Shown here piece after piece: positions 40,130 through 48,014 of a DNA stretch of 64,000 nucleotides (position 1 is its first letter; each line of letters opens with the position of its first letter). A model generated the notes under the pieces. The model did not search any database and was not told where the DNA came from. It saw only the letters and a list, made by a program, of their open reading frames with translations. The stretch spans positions 288,001 to 352,000 of the forward strand of contig OY762825.2 of the NCBI GenBank assembly GCA_963666425.2. The letters are read 5' to 3'. The translations under genes and the position numbers were made by a program. Source of the stretch: Bacillota bacterium. Lineage in GTDB: Bacteria; Bacillota; JAAYKD01.

Positions 40130-41482
40130 TTAAAATTTAATTCTACTAAACGGGTTCAGCGAATTCCCCTTGCCTTGGTTTGTCTTCTGCATTTTACCGC
40201 TCGACCTGGTCATCTGCTGCATCATCTTCTTAGTCTCTTCAAAATCTTTCAGCATCCGGTTGACATCCTGCACCCTGGTACCGCTGCCGGCGGCGATGCG
40301 CTTCCTGCGGCTGGCATTGAGCAGTTCCGGTTTACGACGCTCTTCCATCGTCATCGATTGAATGATCGCTTCCATATTTTTCAAACCAGACTGATCCAGA
40401 TCCTCTTCTTTGATATCGGGCATACCCGGAATCATTTTCATCAGTTGGCTTAAAGGTCCCATCTTTTTGATTTGCTGCATATTTTTCAGGAAATCATCCA
40501 GATCGAGTTCATTCTTGCGCAGTTTCGCTTCCAGCGATTTTGCCTGCTCCAAATCGACGTTTTCCTGTGCCTTTTCAATCAATGTCATCACATCACCCAT
40601 ACCGAGGATGCGAGAGGCCAAACGGTCAGGATAAAATGGTTCCAATGTATCCATTTTCTCCCCGGAGCTAATAAATTTAATCGGTTTACCGGTGACCGTC
40701 TTGATGGATAATGCCGCACCGCCGCGGGTGTCACCGTCCATCTTGGTTAGAATCACCCCGTCGATGCCAATCTGATCGCTGAAGCTGCTGGCGACATTCA
40801 CCGCGTCCTGCCCGGTCATCGCATCGACTAAAAGCAGAATTTCATGCGGATGCACGCTGGCTTTGATGCGTTTCAGTTCATCCATCATGTTTTCATCTAC
40901 ATGCAGGCGGCCGGCTGTATCGAGCAGCACCGTGTCGCGTCCTTGGGAAAGTGCCACGGCAATACCAAGTTTAGCGATTTCTACCGGGTCACCCTGGCCT
41001 TGATCATAAACTGGAATACCGAGTTGTTTGCCTACCACGTGCAGCTGCTCGATGGCAGCCGGGCGATAAACGTCACAGGCTACGAGCAGTGGCTTCTTCC
41101 CCTGCTTGCGCAGGTAATTGGCGAGCTTGCCGGCAGCAGTCGTTTTACCGGCTCCCTGCAGACCCACCAGCATGATGATTGTGGGGATTTTGGAGGAAAC
41201 AGTCAGTTTCGACTGCGTTCCGCCGATCATATCTACCAGTTCGTCATAAACAATTTTTACCACTTGCTGCCCGGGTGTTAAAGACTCCAGGATTTCAGCT
41301 CCCATGGCCTTTTCCTTGATGCGGCCAACAAAATCACGGACCACTTTGAAATTGACATCGGCCTCCAGTAAGGCAACCCGCACTTCGCGCATGGCTTCAT
41401 TAATATCAGCCTCGTTCAGCCTGCCTTTGCCACGCAGACGTTTTAAGGTGTTTTGCAATTTTTCCGATAAGTTTTCAAACAA
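40130..41482 (-). CDS. ffh: Signal recognition particle protein Ffh
   Basis: GLQGAGKTT, DTAGR, TKMDGDTRGG, Met-rich M domain. Confidence 0.98.
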   Translation of the reverse strand: MFENLSEKLQNTLKRLRGKGRLNEADINEAMREVRVALLEADVNFKVVRDFVGRIKEKAMGAEILESLTPGQQVVKIVYDELVDMIGGTQSKLTVSSKIPTIIMLVGLQGAGKTTAAGKLANYLRKQGKKPLLVACDVYRPAAIEQLHVVGKQLGIPVYDQGQGDPVEIAKLGIAVALSQGRDTVLLDTAGRLHVDENMMDELKRIKASVHPHEILLLVDAMTGQDAVNVASSFSDQIGIDGVILTKMDGDTRGGAALSIKTVTGKPIKFISSGEKMDTLEPFYPDRLASRILGMGDVMTLIEKAQENVDLEQAKSLEAKLRKNELDLDDFLKNMQQIKKMGPLSQLMKMIPGMPDIKEEDLDQSGLKNMEAIIQSMTMEERRKPELLNASRRKRIAAGSGTRVQDVNRMLKDFEETKKMMQQMTRSSGKMQKTNQGKGNSLNPFSRIKF

Positions 41483-41498
41483 AGCGCCAGGCCCCCTT

Positions 41499-41861
41499 CT
41501 ATAACAAGCGGATCTTTTCTATCAAACAGCGCAGAGCGGCTGTTTCCTCTTCATTCAATTTAACAGCAACTTGCTCTAAAATCAGCTGAAATTCCTTCGC
41601 GATGGTCTCGGCAGCTTGATTGCGCTGTAACAGATGCAGTACCGCTTCATGCTGTTCCAGATGTGCGACCAAACGCTGCACCTGATCGTGCACTGCCTGG
41701 CGGGAGACGGCAAACGCTGCCGCCACTTCAGCCAACGTGTAATCATCGGAATAGTACATACTGAGCATCTCCTGCTGCCTGTCTGTAAAAAGCTCAGCAT
41801 AGCAATCAATCAGCTGATTGATCGTTTCAGTTTGCTGCAGTTTGTCCTCCATAACATTCAC
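41499..41861 (-). CDS. ylxM: YlxM family HTH protein
   Basis: YAELFTDRQ...YYSDDYTLAEVA...VSRQAVHD; immediately upstream of ffh. Confidence 0.9.
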   Translation of the reverse strand: MNVMEDKLQQTETINQLIDCYAELFTDRQQEMLSMYYSDDYTLAEVAAAFAVSRQAVHDQVQRLVAHLEQHEAVLHLLQRNQAAETIAKEFQLILEQVAVKLNEEETAALRCLIEKIRLL

Positions 41862-41875
41862 CCGTTGCTTTTTTA

Positions 41876-41937
41876 GTCAACTTATTTCTTTGACATCATA
41901 GCATGCTGGAATGAGCTTGTCAAGTATTTTTGTTGAC
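41876..41937 (-). promoter_or_regulatory. ylxM-ffh sigma-A promoter with two GTCAA-N9-TTGAC palindromes
   Basis: TTGACA (41918-41923)-N17-TATGAT (41895-41900); palindromes at 41876-41894 and 41919-41937. Confidence 0.7.
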
Positions 41938-41961
41938 AACACTATTTTTTATAAATAATGC

Positions 41962-41990
41962 TTGCCAAAGCTTGCCAATTGTGCTATATT
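41962..41990 (+). promoter_or_regulatory. Sigma-A promoter of the thr leader
   Basis: TTGCCA-N17-TATATT with extended TG. Confidence 0.7.
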
Positions 41991-42020
41991 ATTAAAAATC
42001 TTGATGAGGGAGATTTTCCT

Positions 42021-42080
42021 ATGATGAATTTCATTCAGTCTGCCAATACAACCACTACCCGAAAGGGCTTGCTTTTGTAG
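42021..42080 (+). CDS. Thr-rich leader peptide MMNFIQSANTTTTRKGLLL
   Basis: RBS GAGGGAG; ACA-ACC-ACT-ACC at 42048-42059; upstream of a terminator and the ThrRS gene. Confidence 0.8.
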   Translation: MMNFIQSANTTTTRKGLLL

Positions 42081-42147
42081 TTTGTTGCCACTGCAACCAA
42101 CGACAGAGGCTAAGTCCTCTTCGTCGTGTGGTTGCGAGGATAAAAGT

Positions 42148-42193
42148 AAACACCTTGCAAACACAAGTATTTTGTGTTGGCAGGGTGTTTTTT
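42148..42193 (+). terminator. Attenuator terminator upstream of the ThrRS gene
   Basis: AAACACCTTGC-A-AACACAA / TTGTGTT-G-GCAGGGTGTTT stem followed by TTT. Confidence 0.85.
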
Positions 42194-42217
42194 ATTGGAA
42201 AGGAGGTGTTTGTCCCG

Positions 42218-42367
42218 ATGCTGAAAGGAATTTGTCTGGTAAGCCTGCTGGAATCAGATTCCCAGGGACAATTGACCGTCAACTTCTTAAAAATTCCGAT
42301 CGAAAAAAATTTAAGGAGAGACGAAAAAAATGAACGAAAAAATGAATTTAGCCCATCTCTTGTCTGA
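42218..42367 (+). CDS. Small hypothetical protein (49 aa) overlapping the ThrRS start
   Basis: AAAGGAGGTG RBS 9 nt before ATG 42218; no recognisable family. Confidence 0.45.
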   Translation: MLKGICLVSLLESDSQGQLTVNFLKIPIEKNLRRDEKNERKNEFSPSLV

Positions 42368-43874
42368 TGTGGTGCAAGAACTCTTCCCGGAAGCAGTCGA
42401 TTCTGTTTACAAGGAAACAGATGAAGGGTTTTACTGCGATTACGATCTGGCAAGACCATTGAATCCGCAGCGTTTCGCTGCGATCATAGGCGGCATGAAA
42501 GGAAAAAATCCTTCCGCTGTTTATGAGCTTTCACATTTTTCCGGTGTCTATCTGGATGACGATGCAGCTAAAAAAATGTTGCAGCGGATTTATGTACTGG
42601 CATTCCACAGCCAAGTAGAATTAAACAATTACAAAGCTTTGGCAGCCGAAGCCGCGTTGCATGATCACAAGCTGCTGGGGCAGCAATTAAAGCTGTTTTC
42701 CAGTTGTGATGAAGTCGGACAAGGTTTGATCCTGTGGCACCCAAATGGCGCTATGCTGCGTCATATGCTGGAGAAATTTGGGCAGGAAGCGCATCTGCTC
42801 AATGACTATCAATGGGTGTATTCACCACACATCGGGAAAGCATCACTTTGGCAAACCTCCGGCCATCTGGATTTTTATCAGGATGCAATGTATCATCCCA
42901 TTCAAATCGATCAGGAAGCTTATTACCTAAAGCCAATGAATTGCCCCTTTCACATTTGCATTTACAACAGCGAGCTGCGCTCTTACCGCGAATTGCCCAT
43001 GCGGTTGGCAGAGTATGGCACCGTTTATCGCTACGAGTTATCCGGTACATTAAGCGGACTATCCCGTGTGCGTGGCTTTACTCAGGACGATGCTCACATC
43101 ATCTGCACAAAAGAACAGATCCAAGAAGAAGTTACCCGCGCCTTAAAATTCTCACTTTATATCCTGCGCAGCTTCGGTTTCGAGCAGTTCACGGCCTATA
43201 TCGCCACAAAACCGGTCAACAAGTCCATCGGAGCCATCGCAGACTGGGAGCAAGCCATTGCGGTTTTGCAGAATTCGGTGCTTGCCTGTGGCTTAAGCTA
43301 CCAAATTGACGAAGGTGGCGGTGCCTTTTACGGGCCGAAGATCGACCTGAAGCTGAAAGATTCGCTCAACCGGGAATGGCAATGCAGCACGATCCAGTTT
43401 GATTTTAATTTACCCAGCCGCTTTGCGATGTCATATATCGCGGCGGATGGAGAAAAACATCAGCCGCTGATGGTGCACAGAGCCTTATATGGCAGTTTTG
43501 AACGATTTATCTCCCTATTGATCGAGCATTACAAAGGTGAATTCCCCTTCTGGTTATCCCCTCTGCAATTCGGTCTGCTTTCTGTGCGGGAGACGCATAC
43601 GGCTGCCTGTCGGGCGCTGGCTGTGGTATTGAAAAAAAAGGGATTTCGGGTAGCAATCAATGCGGAAGACAGCAATCTGCGCAGCAAAATCAAAGCGTTT
43701 GAATTGAAAAAAACGCCCTATATGCTGATCATCGGCGATAAAGAGGCAGCGAATGGCACTTTCTCCGTTCGCAGCCGTCGGAATGGTGATTTAGGCGAAA
43801 TGACGGTGGAACGCTTGTGTGAGTATCTAAAAGATGAAATCGCTCAAGGGATCCCCCAGTATATCTTTGAATAA
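42330..43874 (+). CDS. thrS: Threonyl-tRNA synthetase, N-terminally truncated
   Basis: DHKLLG, TSGHLDFY, KPMNCPFH, RVRGFTQDDAH, GAFYGPKID, TIQFDF, VHRALYGSFERF; anticodon domain present. Confidence 0.93.
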   Translation: MNEKMNLAHLLSDVVQELFPEAVDSVYKETDEGFYCDYDLARPLNPQRFAAIIGGMKGKNPSAVYELSHFSGVYLDDDAAKKMLQRIYVLAFHSQVELNNYKALAAEAALHDHKLLGQQLKLFSSCDEVGQGLILWHPNGAMLRHMLEKFGQEAHLLNDYQWVYSPHIGKASLWQTSGHLDFYQDAMYHPIQIDQEAYYLKPMNCPFHICIYNSELRSYRELPMRLAEYGTVYRYELSGTLSGLSRVRGFTQDDAHIICTKEQIQEEVTRALKFSLYILRSFGFEQFTAYIATKPVNKSIGAIADWEQAIAVLQNSVLACGLSYQIDEGGGAFYGPKIDLKLKDSLNREWQCSTIQFDFNLPSRFAMSYIAADGEKHQPLMVHRALYGSFERFISLLIEHYKGEFPFWLSPLQFGLLSVRETHTAACRALAVVLKKKGFRVAINAEDSNLRSKIKAFELKKTPYMLIIGDKEAANGTFSVRSRRNGDLGEMTVERLCEYLKDEIAQGIPQYIFE

Positions 43875-43897
43875 GCTGCTTTGAAAAATTCAGAGAT

Positions 43898-43942
43898 CAA
43901 TCCCATTTTTAGCGAAGCAGAACCTTGCCAAGAATGGGATTG
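43898..43942. terminator. Hairpin between convergent thrS and ade
   Basis: CAATCCCATT...AATGGGATTG stem. Confidence 0.6.
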
Positions 43943-43948
43943 CTCTTT

Positions 43949-45745
43949 CTATTCTTGCACAAGCAAGTCCACAAATTCAAACTTGTTGCAGTCAACCAAA
44001 CCTCGGTCAGTCAAGCGCAGTTCCGGAATGCAGGGCAGGGAAACCATCGCCATCGTCATAAACGGTGAGGCCAAAGCACAGCCGATCTCTTTCCAGGCCG
44101 CATCCAAGGCTGCCACTTGCTTTGACATTGCTGCTGCCGACAGGTCATTCATTAAACCGGCGATGGGCAGAGATACTAAACCGAGCACCTTACCGTCCGC
44201 TGCTACAACCATACCGCCGCTGCTTTGGATCAGCGTGTTGGCAGCCAGCGCCATATCTTGATCATTGGTGCCGATCACCAGCAAATTGTGCGCATCATGC
44301 GCTACCGTGGAAGCCATAGCGCCTTTTTGAATTTGAAACCCCTGCACAAAGCCATAACCGACCTTGCCGGTGGCATGATGGCGCTCAAAAACAGCTGCTT
44401 TGAGCAGATCACGCCGGCAGTCTGCTTCTAACAATCCGTTTTGGGTCTGTATGGTTACTTCTTTCCCGGTTGTGCCGATTTGGGCGGCATGTACTTCGAT
44501 GACGCGTACCTTGGCCTGCAGCAGATCGCACGGGATGCCAAAAGAGGTTGCCGTGATTTGCTGCTTGATATGCATGGAATGAGTCGCCGCAGCAGGATAG
44601 GTATAATTCTTTCTGTCTTGCAGCATCACACCGTTTTCAGCGACAAGCATCCCATCGATGATTACCCGGAAAACGTCAATTTTCTGCAAATCATGGAAAA
44701 ACACCAAGTCCGCTGCTTTGCTGGGGGCAATTGACCCGATTTCCGTATCCATGTGAAAGCATTGCGCGCAATTAATCGTAACCATTTGAATTGCCGTCAG
44801 CGGATCCACTCCTTCTTCGATGGCGCGGCGCAGCAAGCGGTCGACGTGTCCCTCTGTCACCAGCGTATGCGGATGCGCATCATCCGTAACCAGGATTGCC
44901 ATTCTGCTGTCCACTTGATGCTCTGTAATGGCTTTGATCGTCGCTTTCAAATCCTGCCAGGCAGAACCCTCGCGGATCATGGCATACATACCCAGCCGCA
45001 TTTTAGCTAACGCTTCTTCTGCCCGGGTGGACTCATGACAACAGCGGATACCGGCAGCGACAAAAGCGTTTAAGCCTTTACCGGTCTCCGGCATCGCATA
45101 ATGGCCGGTAGCGATTTTGCCCGCCCGGTATGTTTCTGCCAGTTCGGCATGCGGTTCTGCGGCGGCGGCGAGAATACCGGGAGAATTCATCATTTCGCCT
45201 AGACCAACAACGCCCTGCCAAGTCATGCTCTCTTTGATATCCTGCGCATCAATAGCTGCGCCGGTATCTTCAAAACCCGGTACGGAAGGGACACAGGATG
45301 GCATGGTCGTCATGGTTTTTAAAGGTGTGTTTTTGGCATCTTCCATCATATATCGCACGCCCTCGGCACCCAAGACATTGCAGATTTCATGCGGATCCAT
45401 ATAGATGCCGGTGGTACCATGAGGAACCACCGCTTTGGCAAATTCTCCGACGCTGAGCATGGAAGATTCTACGTGAATATGGCCATCGAGAAAGCCGGGA
45501 GCGACATAACAGCCAGCCGCGTCGATAATTTTAGTATCGGTGCCAATACAATGACGGGCGTCGCCGACCAGGGCAATCCGGCCGCCCGCGATGGCAATGT
45601 CGGTCTGCGGCAGAATTTCCGCGGTATGCACATTGATCAGCTTGGCATTGCGAATGACTAAGTCGGCTGCTTGATTGCCCATTGCTACTGCAGACAGCAG
45701 TCTGGTCAGTTGATCAAGCGGTTGGGTGGCAAAACAGTTAAACAT
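43949..45745 (-). CDS. ade: Adenine deaminase
   Basis: PGFLDGHIHVESS, DPHEICNV, CCHE, IREGS, STVAHDAHN. Confidence 0.93.
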   Translation of the reverse strand: MFNCFATQPLDQLTRLLSAVAMGNQAADLVIRNAKLINVHTAEILPQTDIAIAGGRIALVGDARHCIGTDTKIIDAAGCYVAPGFLDGHIHVESSMLSVGEFAKAVVPHGTTGIYMDPHEICNVLGAEGVRYMMEDAKNTPLKTMTTMPSCVPSVPGFEDTGAAIDAQDIKESMTWQGVVGLGEMMNSPGILAAAAEPHAELAETYRAGKIATGHYAMPETGKGLNAFVAAGIRCCHESTRAEEALAKMRLGMYAMIREGSAWQDLKATIKAITEHQVDSRMAILVTDDAHPHTLVTEGHVDRLLRRAIEEGVDPLTAIQMVTINCAQCFHMDTEIGSIAPSKAADLVFFHDLQKIDVFRVIIDGMLVAENGVMLQDRKNYTYPAAATHSMHIKQQITATSFGIPCDLLQAKVRVIEVHAAQIGTTGKEVTIQTQNGLLEADCRRDLLKAAVFERHHATGKVGYGFVQGFQIQKGAMASTVAHDAHNLLVIGTNDQDMALAANTLIQSSGGMVVAADGKVLGLVSLPIAGLMNDLSAAAMSKQVAALDAAWKEIGCALASPFMTMAMVSLPCIPELRLTDRGLVDCNKFEFVDLLVQE

Positions 45746-45859
45746 GAAGAGAACCTGCCTTTGTTTTTTATTTCATTTTTACACTTTTTTCGGCGGAGAA
45801 GCTAAATCTCTCTCCTGCCTCAAAGCGATGGTTCTAAACCGCATCCTCAGCAGCTTCGT

Positions 45860-47185
45860 TTAGCGGCTGCTGATCCAGGCAGCGAGATCATCGATGACTG
45901 TCTGGTCAAGATGAGCGGCGATATTATAATCGCTGACATCTTTCGCACCCGTGGTTGGCATAAAGAGATGATTCAGACCCGGATAGACTTTGAATTGCAC
46001 ATTGGTGTGCCCCGCAAGGCATTCCTGCCAGGCTGCAAAATCCGTTTCGACTTTAACTTGAAAATCGGCATCTCCCTGCAGGATCAGCATCGGGATCTGC
46101 AGATCGGCAGCCAGTTTCGGCGTATCGATGGCGTTCAAACTCAGCCAATAAGAAGCCGGTTGTCCGGCTACGGTCGTGGCAATGTCTGCTTGGGTTAGCG
46201 CTTTGATTTTTGCTGTTTGGGCTTGGTTTTGCGTCAGCAGATCCGCTTTTTCTGCATCGCTGTATTCCGTAGAGGCTGCTAAGGCGTCAATTGTCTGATC
46301 CAACATCACATCTTCCAATTTGCGTGGTGTACCGGCCAGGCTCACGATACCATTCACTTGGGGGTTCTTGCTGGCAATATATGGTACCAGCATACCACCC
46401 ATGCTGTGACCGATGATGTAAAGATCTGAATCCGGCAGCTTTGTTTCGGCCAATTGAATCGCAGCCGCCACATCGTCGGTGATTTCCTGCTGCACAGTCA
46501 GATTGGTGAGAGCCGCCGCGTCGGCAGGCGGATATTGATAAAAACGTTTATTGTAGCGAATGGAAGCAATGCCCTTCTCTGCTAAACCGTGGGCGAGATC
46601 GCGGAATGGTTTGTTGCCGCCGATGCTTTCGTTCAAATCCGATTGACCGGACCCCTGCACGAGGATGACCACCGCCGGTTGCTCAACACCCAACGGCAGC
46701 GTGAATATACCGTCAATCGGTTGATTTCCATCTGCGTTAATTTGAATCTTGCTTTCTGCAAAGCTGCTGTTGGACACCAAGGGCATATCAATGGTGTAAT
46801 AATTCATCCAAAGACCGGCGATTTTGTAATCAGCTTCAAAAGTGAATTTAATCTGCAAACCGCTTGCTTCGTATTGCAGAATCACCAGGACGACGGCATA
46901 ATCGCTGCTGTAACTGACTGAGGTTTGATAGACAGACTGATAAGCGCCAATCGATCCAACCACCGAAGTCCAGGAGGCTGCCAAAGCTTCCTGCGATAAG
47001 CTTTTGGCAACCGTAGCGTTAAACGCTTTCACCACCGGAGCGAAATCTTGCTTTACCATGCTGCCGGCATAACTTTGGCCGAGTTCTAAGAGTTTCGTTT
47101 CATCATAGACCGGCGGTTTACTGCCGCAGCCCGTCAAAGACAAACTAAGAGCTAGCACCAATAAGAGTAGAACTGGTTTTTTCAT
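45860..47185 (-). CDS. Lipoprotein alpha/beta hydrolase with DUF3887-like N-terminal domain
   Basis: Lipobox LTGC; GHSMG nucleophile; DFQV; LNHLF. Confidence 0.85.
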   Translation of the reverse strand: MKKPVLLLLVLALSLSLTGCGSKPPVYDETKLLELGQSYAGSMVKQDFAPVVKAFNATVAKSLSQEALAASWTSVVGSIGAYQSVYQTSVSYSSDYAVVLVILQYEASGLQIKFTFEADYKIAGLWMNYYTIDMPLVSNSSFAESKIQINADGNQPIDGIFTLPLGVEQPAVVILVQGSGQSDLNESIGGNKPFRDLAHGLAEKGIASIRYNKRFYQYPPADAAALTNLTVQQEITDDVAAAIQLAETKLPDSDLYIIGHSMGGMLVPYIASKNPQVNGIVSLAGTPRKLEDVMLDQTIDALAASTEYSDAEKADLLTQNQAQTAKIKALTQADIATTVAGQPASYWLSLNAIDTPKLAADLQIPMLILQGDADFQVKVETDFAAWQECLAGHTNVQFKVYPGLNHLFMPTTGAKDVSDYNIAAHLDQTVIDDLAAWISSR

Positions 47186-47294
47186 GGATTTTCTCCTTTC
47201 ATTTGGACATATTTATCATCATTCTTGAGCAACAAAGGACAGTCGGCTTGCTGTTACGCTGCAAACTTTGCCTTGCAGAGCAAATCATCTGTTT

Positions 47295-48014
47295 TTATAA
47301 AAAATAGTTGCGGCCGATTTTATTTAATTGCTTCCTGCGTTCCGCATAGTCAGGTAAGATTTCAGCAACCACTCGCCAAAACTGTGGAGAATGATTCATC
47401 ACTCTGAGATGAGCCAGTTCATGTACCACCACATACTCGGTTAATTGCGGCGGTAAGAGCAGCAGTTTCCAATTAAAGTTTAGGTTGCCTTTACTGCTGC
47501 AACTGCCCCAACGAGTCTTTTGCGCTTTAATCGTAATCTTTTGATAACTGACCTGCAGAATGGAGGCGTAAAATGCCGCAGTTTGGCTGAATTCGCGCAA
47601 AGCAATTTGCCGCAGCTGTTTTTCGGCTTCGTGATGTACCTGCTCCGGCTCGCTTGATTTAACATGTAAAATCATTATACCTGCATCGGTCAGCTGCTGC
47701 AGTTCACTGAGAGCGACCTCCGGAGCAATAATAAGCAGCTTTTTACCCAAACAGAAATAACTTTGATTGCAGCGTAATTGAAATTGCGGTTTTGCTTCCA
47801 ACGTTCGCTGCACAGCAATCTGCCGTTTTTGCACAATCCAGTCTTTCTTACTCTCGACAAAACGGATAATTTGTGCGTCTTTCGCTTGCTTTGGCGCTCG
47901 AATCAACACTTCGGCATTTGGTTTTATCTCGATCGCCAATGTTTTTCTGGCACTGTAAAGCAGCCTGCATTCCAGCGTTTGCTGCGGCAGCTGCAGCAGA
48001 TAATTGCTTTTCAT
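47295..48014 (-). CDS. YgjP/DUF45 (M48-like) metal-dependent hydrolase
   Basis: RKTLAI, KTRWGSCS, YVVVHELAH, NHSPQFW. Confidence 0.9.
   Translation of the reverse strand: MKSNYLLQLPQQTLECRLLYSARKTLAIEIKPNAEVLIRAPKQAKDAQIIRFVESKKDWIVQKRQIAVQRTLEAKPQFQLRCNQSYFCLGKKLLIIAPEVALSELQQLTDAGIMILHVKSSEPEQVHHEAEKQLRQIALREFSQTAAFYASILQVSYQKITIKAQKTRWGSCSSKGNLNFNWKLLLLPPQLTEYVVVHELAHLRVMNHSPQFWRVVAEILPDYAERRKQLNKIGRNYFL

Noticed and set aside
41990-42330. T-box riboswitch upstream of thrS
   Set aside because: No UGGNACC T-box bulge before the terminator. The AG-box/GNUG-like words (TGCTGAAAG) lie downstream of the terminator, and the leader peptide explains the region better.
45746-45859. Purine riboswitch upstream of ade
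   Set aside because: The conserved purine aptamer core (UAUAA...AUAUGG...UUUCUACC...CCGUAAA) is not present.
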